A stretch of 64,000 nt of DNA. Origin: Candidatus Kaiserbacteria bacterium. GTDB lineage: Bacteria > Patescibacteriota > Minisyncoccia > Phycocordibacterales > UBA2100. The notes below the pieces were generated by a model. The model searched no databases, had not been told where the DNA came from, and was given only the letters and a program-made list of their open reading frames with translations. The stretch is taken from positions 6,108-70,107 of the forward strand of contig JACROD010000005.1 of assembly GCA_016214605.1 (NCBI GenBank), given 5' to 3'. This document shows positions 35,353 through 44,125 of this stretch, in pieces. The first letter of the stretch is position 1. Each line of letters opens with the position of its first letter. Position numbers and translations under genes: made by a program.

Positions 35353-36339
35353 TCACTCCCCGCGATTGTAGTCCAATTCCCGTGTCAAAACCTTCTCAAT
35401 CCTTGAAATAAAGCCATCAAAGGCTGTTGACGCTTCTGCTACAAGCGTCGATTTTTCCGTATTTGAGACTACTGAGTTCGCCTCTGTTCCTCCGATGTCA
35501 AAACCAGCCACAGGCACAGGAGTTCTTTTTTGAAATGAGAAAAATCCAACAGAAATTACCAGAACTACCACTAAAGCAAACGCCGGAATTATGGCTTTAT
35601 GTATAGTCTTTTCGTGTGTATTTTGCTCTTCTGATCGCTCCGGTCCATAGGTCCTCCTCGTAGGTGCGGTCTGCAGACGGATTTCCTTCCGTGGGTACCG
35701 CTCAACCACTCGGATCGGAACTGCATGTTCCTCATCGGTCCCGACACCCTCATTTTCTTCTTCCAATTCCTCCTCGCTGATGGATGGTATGAGATCCCCT
35801 TCATCCGTCGTATACGTAAGTAGTTCATCCTGAAAATACGGATTCTTCGGTGCTACCTCCGTGGGAGTGTGCCTCTGTGCTATGCCGACCGACTGGACCT
35901 GAACGGCGGCCAAGAGAGAGTCTTTCTCTTGCTTATGTGCCAACAATGCGCTCTTATCGACGTACCAACGATTACCAACCTGACGCGACATTACCTTGCC
36001 TCCACGGGCCAACTGGCCCACATAATCCTGATTATATCCTGTTATCTTTGAAGCTCGGCTTGCCGAGATATATTCCTTTCCGTCCAAGTGTACGAATGAA
36101 TCTGCATCTGGAAAAGTGTTTACATGATCTGTCGAGACCTTTTGCTTAACCTCTTCCGATTTGTTCTTGTATGCCAAAAGAGAGTCCATCGAGACGTACC
36201 AAAGACCCCCAATCCTGCGTGCATCAATGAGTGATCCGCGAGACAATTGACCGATATAATCCTGAGCATAGCCTGTCATCTCTGAAGCTCGTTTCGACGA
36301 GATATACTTGCCTTCATCGAGAATAATATCCGTGGACAT
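35353..36339 (-). CDS. Tandem HTH (x2) + acidic linker + single TM helix protein
   Basis: YISSKRASEMTGYAQDYIGQLSRG..RRIGGLWYV and YISASRASKITGYNQDYVGQLARGGKV..QVGNRWYVD; TM IIPAFALVVVLVISVGFFSF. Start placed at ATG 36339, 7 nt after TATACT. Confidence 0.82.
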   Translation of the reverse strand: MSTDIILDEGKYISSKRASEMTGYAQDYIGQLSRGSLIDARRIGGLWYVSMDSLLAYKNKSEEVKQKVSTDHVNTFPDADSFVHLDGKEYISASRASKITGYNQDYVGQLARGGKVMSRQVGNRWYVDKSALLAHKQEKDSLLAAVQVQSVGIAQRHTPTEVAPKNPYFQDELLTYTTDEGDLIPSISEEELEEENEGVGTDEEHAVPIRVVERYPRKEIRLQTAPTRRTYGPERSEEQNTHEKTIHKAIIPAFALVVVLVISVGFFSFQKRTPVPVAGFDIGGTEANSVVSNTEKSTLVAEASTAFDGFISRIEKVLTRELDYNRGE

Positions 36340-36509
36340 GCACTGCAGTATATACGAGAAAGGTCCGCACGTCATACAGGCGAGATAACCCTGTGGATAG
36401 CACATCAAGATATCGGGACCTAGGCGAGATCCGAGGCACTCACATGTCTCGTTATGTCAGCCGCTACGATTCTAAGACCATTAAAAAATCGTCCTTCCGA
36501 GATATTATT

Positions 36510-37955
36510 TTACGCGCCGAGAGCAACCTTTATCATTGTCCGCAGCACCTCCGGATCACCGGCACCACGGAGACTCTTCATGCATTGCCCGACGAGATAT
36601 TCCAGCGTAGAGAGCTTGCCCGAGCGGTACTCGGCGACGACAGCGGGATTATTCGATATGACCTCCTGGACGATCGCCTTGATCTGGTCTTCCGAGATAT
36701 CAGTCTTGAGTAGGTTCTTCTCCTTGGCGATCACTTCCGGATCTTTCTTCTCGTCTATGGCCATCTGGATGAGGTCTTTTGCCGATCGAGACGATATCTT
36801 CTTGTCCGCCAGCATATCTACTATCGTCTTGAAATTGCGTGCCGATATCGGAATCTCGTGATTTGAATCTGTATCTTGTGTACCGGTGTCTCGGATTATT
36901 TTTACGAGGTCGTTGGCGATATAATTGGACGCAAGCACGATCTTTGGATCACCTGCCGGATACGTCGATATAGCCTCCTCGAGGAAGCTACCGAGACGTC
37001 CGTCGCGGACGTACGCGTCTGCATCTTCTAGCTTGATACCGAGTGTCACATAACGCTGCCTGCGCACCCAAGGCAGCTCCGGGAGACTGGCCCGGAGCTT
37101 CTCTGTAGCAAACTCCGGCATCTCGGAGATCTTGAGCGAAGGCAGGTCGGGATCAGGAAAATAACGGTAATCAGCGCTTCCCTCCTTAACCCTTTGTGCA
37201 AAGGTAGATTGCTTACCCTCGTCCCATCCGCGTGTTTCCTGCAAGACCTGACCCCCTCCCTCTAGGACTCCAATCTGGCGATCTATCTCATATGCCACGG
37301 CACGCTCCATGGCCCTAAAAGAATTGAGATTCTTGACCTCGACCTTGGTACCAAAGGTACTCGTCTTGGATACCGAGATATTTGCCTCCACACGCATCTC
37401 GCCCTTTTCCATATTGGCATTACTAGCACCGAGATAGCGCAGGAGAAGCTGTAATTCTCGGGCAAACGCACCTGCCTGTGCCGCACTCGAGATGACCGGA
37501 TCGGTCACCAGCTCCATCAGTGGGACTCCGGCGCGATTGTAGTCGATGAGTGTGACACCGGTAGCCTCGTCGTGTATGGAGCTCGCCGTGTCTTCTTCCA
37601 GGTGCACGCGCGTGATAGCCACACCGTGGAGCTCGCCACCCGACACGAGAGGGAACTCGTACTGGCTGATCTGATACCCCTTGGGGAGGTCCGGGTAGAA
37701 GTAATTCTTGCGGTCAAACTCGCTGTAGTCGGCAAGCTTGGATCCTAGAGCTAGGCCCACGCGCAATACATGCTTCACCGCCTCGCGATTGATCACCGGG
37801 AGCGTCCCTGGGTGTGCGAGGCAGACCGGGCAGATATTTACATTGGCGCGTGTCTCGTCGGGGTCGTTCTTGGACGTGCAAAACATTTTGGTCTGGGTGC
37901 GGAGCTCCGCATGGACCTCCATTCCGATCGTTACTTTGTATTCTTCTGCAACCAT
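36510..37955 (-). CDS. gatB: Asp/Glu-tRNA amidotransferase subunit B
   Basis: IGMEVHAEL, FDRKNYFYPDLPKGYQISQ, HLEED, NRAGVPLMELVT, EVKNLNS, DYRYFPDPDL. Confidence 0.97.
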   Translation of the reverse strand: MVAEEYKVTIGMEVHAELRTQTKMFCTSKNDPDETRANVNICPVCLAHPGTLPVINREAVKHVLRVGLALGSKLADYSEFDRKNYFYPDLPKGYQISQYEFPLVSGGELHGVAITRVHLEEDTASSIHDEATGVTLIDYNRAGVPLMELVTDPVISSAAQAGAFARELQLLLRYLGASNANMEKGEMRVEANISVSKTSTFGTKVEVKNLNSFRAMERAVAYEIDRQIGVLEGGGQVLQETRGWDEGKQSTFAQRVKEGSADYRYFPDPDLPSLKISEMPEFATEKLRASLPELPWVRRQRYVTLGIKLEDADAYVRDGRLGSFLEEAISTYPAGDPKIVLASNYIANDLVKIIRDTGTQDTDSNHEIPISARNFKTIVDMLADKKISSRSAKDLIQMAIDEKKDPEVIAKEKNLLKTDISEDQIKAIVQEVISNNPAVVAEYRSGKLSTLEYLVGQCMKSLRGAGDPEVLRTMIKVALGA

Positions 37956-38269
37956 ATTAGGCCTACTGTATCAGGCCTGCATGCCACGCACAAACTCAAT
38001 CCTTCCTGCGCCGATCTCCTTCTTGTATATCCACAGGCAAAAAACCTTGCACAAAATTCCTGCCGACCAAAACCCCTGCGAGTCTGGGTCGGCACAGTGG
38101 GTGCAGCGCCGGGTCGGGGAGGTGTAGGGGATTCTCCAAGCAAAACCCAGGCCCCATCGGTAGGTCCGATAGAGGAACCTGGTAGCATCGATCCATCTCT
38201 CGTTTTGCCGAGATATGACTTAGATCATACCAATCTCGGAAGCCGAGATTTTCATCTCGTCTTAAGATA

Positions 38270-38291
38270 AAAACCCCGGTCAGGGGCTTTT
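38270..38291 (-). terminator. Probable intrinsic terminator after secA
   Basis: AAAAACCCC-GGTCA-GGGGCTTT directly after the secA stop, with a U-tract on the minus strand. Confidence 0.5.
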
Positions 38292-40830
38292 ATTCTTTGA
38301 TCTTCCATTCACCGGATGCGAGAAGTGGTTCTGCTTTTTTATATTTCATCTCACGATCTTCGTCTCCGTTGGTGATCGTGACATGATCATTACGTCCGTA
38401 TTCTTTGCGTATGCCTTCCCTGCCTGTCCCGATTATCGACATGACTGCCTTGTGGATAACCTCCGACTCTTTGACCGCTGACGCCTGTACCGAGATCGGC
38501 GCGACCCCCACCATGACTCCTATCGGAGCCTCGGCCCCGAGCTGGGTCATCACCTGATCGGCATAGGTCGCCTCCATGGTCTGGAACATCTGGAGACCCT
38601 CTCTCTTGTACTCGACAAGAGGATCACGCTGTCCGTAGGCACGGAGATTGACGCTGCTGCGCAAGTACTCCATGGCTTCCAAATGCTCGACCCAGAGGTA
38701 GTCGACGACGCGCAGGAGTATGCGGCGAGTGTGCGTATAAAAGGCCTCCCCGAGTTCTTGCTTCTTCTTGTTGATCGTCTCGGTGAATGTCTCGTCCATC
38801 TCGGCAAGCCTCGAGAGCTCCGCATCGAGTATGGCATTGTCGCCGGTGAGAACCATGCGCCGACGCGCATAGATACTTTGGCGCTGGATGTTGAGCACAT
38901 CATCGTATGAAAGCACGTGCTTACGTGAATCAAAGTTGATCTCTTCGATACGTGTCTGCGCTTTTTCGAGTGAACGCGTGATCATGGAATTGTAGATCGG
39001 CTCGTCTTCGGGGATCTTGAAGGTCCCCATCACGCGCTTGATCATGTCGGAAGCAAAAATGCGCATGAGCGAATCCTCAAGTGATACGTAGAATTGTGTC
39101 TCGCCCGGATCACCCTGGCGGCCGGAGCGCCCACGGAGCTGGTTGTCGATGCGTCGAGCTTCGTGCCGCTCGGTACCCAGGACAAAGAGCCCTCCCGCAT
39201 CCTTCACTTGACTCGCCTCTTCTTCGGTGGCGGGATTACCGCCGAGCTTGATGTCGACACCGCGGCCGGCTACATTGGTCGCGATCGTGACCGCCCCCGA
39301 TTTCCCCGCCTGGGCGATGATCTCCCCTTCGCGCTCGTGGTTCTTGGCATTGAGTACCTCGTGCGGGATCCCCTCCTGCTTGAAGTGAGCGCTGAGGATC
39401 TCGTTCTTCTCGACCGAGACCGTGCCTACAAGGACCGGCTGACCCTTCTCATGGAGCTCTTTGATGCGCTTGGCGATGGCCATGTATTTGCCGTGTTCGG
39501 TCTGGAAGATGAGATCTTCGCTGTCGATACGCCTGGGGACTTTGTTGGTCGGGACGATGACCGTATTAAGGCCATAAACCTTGTAGAATTCCTCGGATGA
39601 TGTCGCTGCGGTGCCGGTCATGCCCGCGAGCTTGGCATAGAGACGGAAATAATTTTGAAAGGTGATCGAAGCAAACGTGCGCGATTCTTGCTGGATCGTG
39701 ACGCCTTCCTTGGCTTCGATAGCCTGGTGCAGACCTTCGGACCATCGGCGGCCCGGCTGCATGCGGCCCGTGAATTCATCCACGATCACGATCTCGCCTC
39801 CGCGAACTACGTAGTCTTTGTCGCGATGAAAGAGCGCCTTGGCGCGCACAGCGGTCTCCAAATGATGCACGTATTTGATCCCGGCATCGGTGTAGATATT
39901 GTCGATCTCGAGTATTTTCTCGGCCTTCTCGATACCCGCGTCGGAGAGGGCGATCTGACGGTGTTTCTCGTCGACCGAGAAATCCGTCTCGGATTCCAGA
40001 GTGTCCGCGATCTGGGCAAAACGTGTATAGAAATCATCCGCATTGGCGGTCGGTGCCGAGATAATGAGCGGGGTGCGTGCCTCGTCGATAAGGATCGAGT
40101 CGATCTCGTCGACGATCGCAAAATTGTATTCTCGCTGGCGTAGGAGTGCCGGATCGTACTCGAGATTATCGCGCAAGTAGTCGAAGCCGAATTCGTTGTT
40201 GGTGCCGTAGGTGATGTCGGCCGCATAGGCCTCACGACGACTACAGGGGCGCAGAAAGTCGTTGGCGACCTTGAAGCTCCCTGTCTCATCGCGATCCTTG
40301 TCTTCTTCTACCGCGACCTCGGCGGGGACATGTGCAGGATCGTAGATAAAGGAAGATTCGTGATTGATGACCGCGGTCGAGAGGCCGAGTGCATAATAGA
40401 TCTGACCCATCCAGGCCGCATCGCGGCGCGAGAGATAGTCATTGACCGTGACAATATGGACGCCCTTGCCGGTAAGCGCATTGAGATATGCAGGCAAGGT
40501 GGCGACGAGGGTCTTGCCTTCGCCGGTGCGCATCTCGGCAATATCGCCATGGTGCAGGATCATACCGCCGAGGATCTGGACATCGAAATGCCGCTGACCG
40601 AGGGTCCGTCGAGAAGCCTCCCGAACTGCCGCAAAGGCCTCTGGAGCCAGATCGTCGAGGGTTTCTCCTGCGGCGAGACGCTCTTTGAATAGGACGGTCT
40701 TTTGCTTGAGGGCTTCGTCGGAAAGCACCTGAAAATCAGGCTCTAGAGCGTTGACCTGCGCGATAATAGGCTCCGCACGCTTGAGAGCTGCGGCATTGTC
40801 GTCCCCCATCCAACGATTCCAAAACGCCAT
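38290..40830 (-). CDS. secA: Preprotein translocase ATPase SecA
   Basis: MRTGEGKTL, VTVNDYL, FGFDYLRDN, IVDEIDSILIDEARTPLIIS, GMTGTA, ERHEARRIDNQLRGRSGRQGDPG. Confidence 0.98.
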   Translation of the reverse strand: MAFWNRWMGDDNAAALKRAEPIIAQVNALEPDFQVLSDEALKQKTVLFKERLAAGETLDDLAPEAFAAVREASRRTLGQRHFDVQILGGMILHHGDIAEMRTGEGKTLVATLPAYLNALTGKGVHIVTVNDYLSRRDAAWMGQIYYALGLSTAVINHESSFIYDPAHVPAEVAVEEDKDRDETGSFKVANDFLRPCSRREAYAADITYGTNNEFGFDYLRDNLEYDPALLRQREYNFAIVDEIDSILIDEARTPLIISAPTANADDFYTRFAQIADTLESETDFSVDEKHRQIALSDAGIEKAEKILEIDNIYTDAGIKYVHHLETAVRAKALFHRDKDYVVRGGEIVIVDEFTGRMQPGRRWSEGLHQAIEAKEGVTIQQESRTFASITFQNYFRLYAKLAGMTGTAATSSEEFYKVYGLNTVIVPTNKVPRRIDSEDLIFQTEHGKYMAIAKRIKELHEKGQPVLVGTVSVEKNEILSAHFKQEGIPHEVLNAKNHEREGEIIAQAGKSGAVTIATNVAGRGVDIKLGGNPATEEEASQVKDAGGLFVLGTERHEARRIDNQLRGRSGRQGDPGETQFYVSLEDSLMRIFASDMIKRVMGTFKIPEDEPIYNSMITRSLEKAQTRIEEINFDSRKHVLSYDDVLNIQRQSIYARRRMVLTGDNAILDAELSRLAEMDETFTETINKKKQELGEAFYTHTRRILLRVVDYLWVEHLEAMEYLRSSVNLRAYGQRDPLVEYKREGLQMFQTMEATYADQVMTQLGAEAPIGVMVGVAPISVQASAVKESEVIHKAVMSIIGTGREGIRKEYGRNDHVTITNGDEDREMKYKKAEPLLASGEWKIKE

Positions 40831-40933
40831 TGAGCTATCCTATCATCGAGACGGCTTAGAATCTACCGTCCGGGACATCCGAGAGACCGACGAGGATACT
40901 GGCTTTTCTCGCCGGCACATTATAAAATGAACC

Positions 40934-42421
40934 ATGTCGCTATCTCTCCAGGCACTCCTGCAAAAACGCGCTGACGATGGGTTTGCGCTTGCCTACTCTG
41001 ATCTCTTGTTGGAACCCGCACATTCGGCGGTCATGCCGCGCGATGCCGACCCGAGCGGTCGATTCTCGCGCACTATTCCTCTCTCGGTCCCATTCGTCTC
41101 GGCGGCAATGTCGACCGTCACCACAGCATCAATGGCAATCGCTATGGCGACCCATGGCGGCATCGGCGTGATCCATCCGGCGATGGATCCGGAAGAACAA
41201 CGCAAAATGGTACGCAAGGTCAAACTGCGCTTGAATGGTCTCATTGACACGCCGGTCACTATACGCGCCCAAATATCGCTCGAAGAAGTGCGGCAATTGC
41301 GTGAAGACAAGGGCTATGGGTTTGAGACATTTCCTGTCGTGGATGATCGCGATCGGCTCGTCGGCATTATCACTTCCAACGACTTCAAATTCTGGCCCGA
41401 TCCCTCTACGCTCGTATCCGATGCTATGACACCCTACGAAAAGATTGTACATGGCAAACGATCGACGACACCCGAAGAAGCTCGCACGCTCATGCGCACA
41501 CATCGTGTGCGCGTACTTCCCCTGGTAGACGACGACCGCAAGCTTGTCGGGCTCTATGTCTCCTCCGATGTCGAACGTGTACTCGGATCACGCAAGAATT
41601 ACACGCTCGACGCACAAGGACATTTGCGCGTAGCGGCATCGATCGGCACGCTCGAAGATGCTTACAAGCGCGCAGAGCTTCTCGCTTCCGTCGGATGCGA
41701 TGCATTCGTCGTAGGCACCGCACATGCCGACACCCAAGGAGTACTCGAAACGGTGCACACGCTCAAGCACACATATCCGCACATCGACATCGTCGCCGGC
41801 AACACTTCATACGACGAAGGTGCAAAACGGCTCGCACAGGCCGGCGCTGACGGCATACTGGTCGGCCAAGGACCCGGATCGATCTGTACGACCCGTATTG
41901 TCGCAGGCATCGGCATACCGCAGGCATCGGCGGTATTCGAATGCGTGCAAGCGCTCAAAGGAAGTGGCGTCCCGATTATCGCCGATGGAGGGATCACGAC
42001 TTCAGGAGATATCGTCAAGGCGCTCGCGATTGGAGCCAGCGCAGTGATGCTCGGCGGCCTCTTGGCCGGCACCGACGAAGCGCCGGGAGAAAAGGTCTAC
42101 GTGAACGGACAGCCCATGAAAGAATATTTCGGCATGGGGTCGGGGCGTGCCATGCGCGAGCACGCCGCTTCACGCAAGCGATACGGCCAGCAAGGGATCC
42201 CGAGCGGTAAGCATACCCCTGAAGGAGTCGAAGGGCGCGTCCCTTATCGCGGCCCGATCGAGAGTGTCATTAATGAGCTCCTCGGCGGCGTACGAAGCGG
42301 CATGGGATATCTCGGCGCAAAGACGATCGAAGACATGCGTGCGGCGCATGCCGTACAGATCACACAGGCAGGATACGTAGAATCGCGCCCGCACAATATC
42401 TACCTTGATCATTCGGAATGA
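40934..42421 (+). CDS. guaB: IMP dehydrogenase with CBS pair
   Basis: PFVSAAM, CBS subdomain, catalytic [27 protein letters not shown]. Confidence 0.93.
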   Translation: MSLSLQALLQKRADDGFALAYSDLLLEPAHSAVMPRDADPSGRFSRTIPLSVPFVSAAMSTVTTASMAIAMATHGGIGVIHPAMDPEEQRKMVRKVKLRLNGLIDTPVTIRAQISLEEVRQLREDKGYGFETFPVVDDRDRLVGIITSNDFKFWPDPSTLVSDAMTPYEKIVHGKRSTTPEEARTLMRTHRVRVLPLVDDDRKLVGLYVSSDVERVLGSRKNYTLDAQGHLRVAASIGTLEDAYKRAELLASVGCDAFVVGTAHADTQGVLETVHTLKHTYPHIDIVAGNTSYDEGAKRLAQAGADGILVGQGPGSICTTRIVAGIGIPQASAVFECVQALKGSGVPIIADGGITTSGDIVKALAIGASAVMLGGLLAGTDEAPGEKVYVNGQPMKEYFGMGSGRAMREHAASRKRYGQQGIPSGKHTPEGVEGRVPYRGPIESVINELLGGVRSGMGYLGAKTIEDMRAAHAVQITQAGYVESRPHNIYLDHSE

Positions 42422-42435
42422 CCATAAATAGGGAC

Positions 42436-42477
42436 AAATGCGCCGCAAGCACTATGCTTGCGGCGCATTTCTTTTTT
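42436..42477 (+). terminator. Intrinsic terminator of guaB
   Basis: AAATGCGCCGCAAGC-ACTAT-GCTTGCGGCGCATTT followed by CTTTTTT. Confidence 0.85.
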
Positions 42478-42515
42478 GCCATAACTCCTCGCCTATTCGG
42501 ACATGCCACCAACGC

Positions 42516-42543
42516 AAAAACAGCCCCTTCCGGGGCTGTTTTT
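42516..42543 (-). terminator. Intrinsic terminator after the lysine-rich microgene
   Basis: AAAAACAGCCCC-TTCC-GGGGCTGTTTTT, 8 nt from the microgene stop. Confidence 0.8.
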
Positions 42544-42551
42544 GAGGAGCG

Positions 42552-42626
42552 TTAGCGGCGCTTTTTCGTCGCCTTCTTCTTCGCAACCTTCTTTGTGGCC
42601 TTCTTGGCCTTCTTCTTTGCAGCCAT
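42552..42626 (-). CDS. 24-aa lysine/alanine-rich basic microprotein (histone H1-tail-like)
   Basis: MAAKKKAKKATKKVAKKKATKKRR; ATG...TAA with its own terminator. Not in the ORF track. Confidence 0.7.
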   Translation of the reverse strand: MAAKKKAKKATKKVAKKKATKKRR

Positions 42627-42853
42627 ACGAGTATGAATATTTTTGTTTTATTAATTCGACCCGCACGCGTACACCTGCGACAAAGATGTATCAATGCGTC
42701 TTACCTATTATTATTGCATTCACTTCGCGTATCACACGCATACTGCGCACAAATGTGTGGATAACTTTGTATAGCTAAAAAATAATACGTATGATTGTAT
42801 ATTCATACGTTTTTGGTGTATTTGTGCCGATCTTTCGGTCCCCTTCATACCCT

Positions 42854-43094
42854 GGAGGAGGCGCCGGCCTTCTAGTTTGCATAGCAAACTAAAAGGCACA
42901 ATGCGGCAGCTCGCTTCGCGACTGCATTTGGATTTACTAAAGTGGGGTACCACTAAGTAAATCTCGGCAGAGACGGGTGCGAGCACTTAGGAACTCGCAC
43001 CTGCCTGTTAGGTTACTGCGTAACATAAAAGGCACAATGCGGAGGACGGGTGCGAGCTCCAAAGTGAAAGTCATTGTGAGTGCCGCCGCCCTCC
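42854..43094. ncRNA. Candidate structured non-coding RNA or composite hairpin element (family not recognised)
   Basis: Serial hairpins (TAGTTTGC/GCAAACTA, GATTTACT/AGTAAATC, GGTGCGAG/CTCGCACC), duplicated TAAAAGGCACAATGCGG and GACGGGTGCGAGC, and partly complementary ends. Confidence 0.35.
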
Positions 43095-43101
43095 GCGCTG
43101 T

Positions 43102-43162
43102 GCCCTTCGTAGCCTTGCCGCGCCCTACCGAAGCCTTATGCGGAGGAGGGGCGAAGCAGGGC
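43102..43162. repeat. Nested REP-like palindromes related to the gap insertion
   Basis: GCCCTTCGTAGCCTTG...GCGAAGCAGGGC encloses CCCTACCGAAGCCTTATGCGGAGGAGGG. It shares the CCGAAGC...GCGGAGG core with the gap insert. Confidence 0.5.
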
Positions 43163-43260
43163 TGTGCCCTTTGCGCTTCTTTATTATCCTATCATCCTCA
43201 TCATGCCGCGCAAGACCAAGGAGGAGATCCGAGGATTTTTTGTGGAAAAAGGGAAAAACT

Positions 43261-43286
43261 AAAAAACCACCTTGCGGTGGTTTTTT
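43261..43286. terminator. Bidirectional terminator-like hairpin
   Basis: AAAAAACCACC-TTGC-GGTGGTTTTTT. Confidence 0.7.
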
Positions 43287-43649
43287 AGGACTTTCTTGAA
43301 GCTAAACACGTTTACACGTTGTGTAGCACTCACTTCATGAGTATATCATGTGGACTCTTGCCTGCAAGTTTTAGTATCCTCCCCTGTATTAGAAAGTCTG
43401 TGTAGAAAGTCTGTCCCCATTCCCATTCCTCATTCCTCGGCAAAGACGTCCTGTACCTGACCGTCGAGGAGATGGAGGGTGACAGCCACCTCCGTAAACA
43501 TTTTGGCATACACTAAGCTGTTGCTATAGCTTAGCTTAGGTGTATGTGGGTAACGGGTGCAGTAGAGTGAAGGTTGGACGGGATGGGATGCTGATCGCAA
43601 GATCGACCGTCCTCAAACTCCAAAGGAACAGTTGGTTTGGGAAATCAAA

Positions 43650-43671
43650 TTGGAAGGCCAGGCCCTTCCAA
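43650..43671. repeat. REP-like singlet palindrome
   Basis: TTGGAAGGCCAGGCCCTTCCAA, directly downstream of the membrane-protein stop. Confidence 0.5.
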
Positions 43672-43679
43672 ACCCGGCC

Positions 43680-44102
43680 CTATTTTCCTCGTCGAGTGGC
43701 AAAGTATTTGCGGATGATGATTATGAGGGAGATGATGGAGAAGAGAGAGGCAAACACAAAGGCGACGGTCTCTTGATCGATCACATTAGGGATGCCAAAC
43801 CCGCCGGACCCCCCGGGAGTGATGAGTGTGAGCACGATTGAAAGCGGTACCCACCAGTATGCAAAGCGGAGCCATGCGCGAAAAACTTCTTCGCGCATTT
43901 TGTAGGTGAGGAGGGAAAAGATAAAAACAAGTGGCCACGAAAATATAATGGGGGCAATAATATCGAGAGAGTCCCAGAAACGCCAACAACGTCCCTGCTC
44001 AATACAAAAGTCGTATAACGTATCATGAAAATACACTAGAAATGCATACCCCGCTGCTGGAACCAAAGATATCCAAAATACTTTTGTCTTCGTTACCCAC
44101 AT
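43680..44102 (-). CDS. Hypothetical multi-pass (about 4 TM) membrane protein
   Basis: Hydrophobic helices and REEVFRAWLRFAYWWVPLS. Starts 23 nt after the lipase stop. Confidence 0.75.
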   Translation of the reverse strand: MWVTKTKVFWISLVPAAGYAFLVYFHDTLYDFCIEQGRCWRFWDSLDIIAPIIFSWPLVFIFSLLTYKMREEVFRAWLRFAYWWVPLSIVLTLITPGGSGGFGIPNVIDQETVAFVFASLFSIISLIIIIRKYFATRRGK

Positions 44103-44125
44103 AAGTTTGTACCGGACGTTTATTA

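Noticed and set aside
17309-36339. Prophage or integrative element (excisionase-like HTHs plus tail-fibre motifs)
   Set aside because: No integrase, terminase, capsid or att repeats; the HTHs are fused to TM helices and the locus is flanked by housekeeping genes.
42452-42694. 80-aa Arg-rich ORF from the ORF track
   Set aside because: It is an off-frame reading of the 24-aa Lys-rich microgene and runs through two terminator hairpins.
42825-42870. Permuted two-piece tmRNA junction on the minus strand (CCGGCGCCTCCTCCA...GGGGACCGAAAGATCG)
   Set aside because: The resemblance is superficial: the acceptor stem pairs poorly, there is no T-loop, and no tag reading frame ending in Ala-Ala follows.
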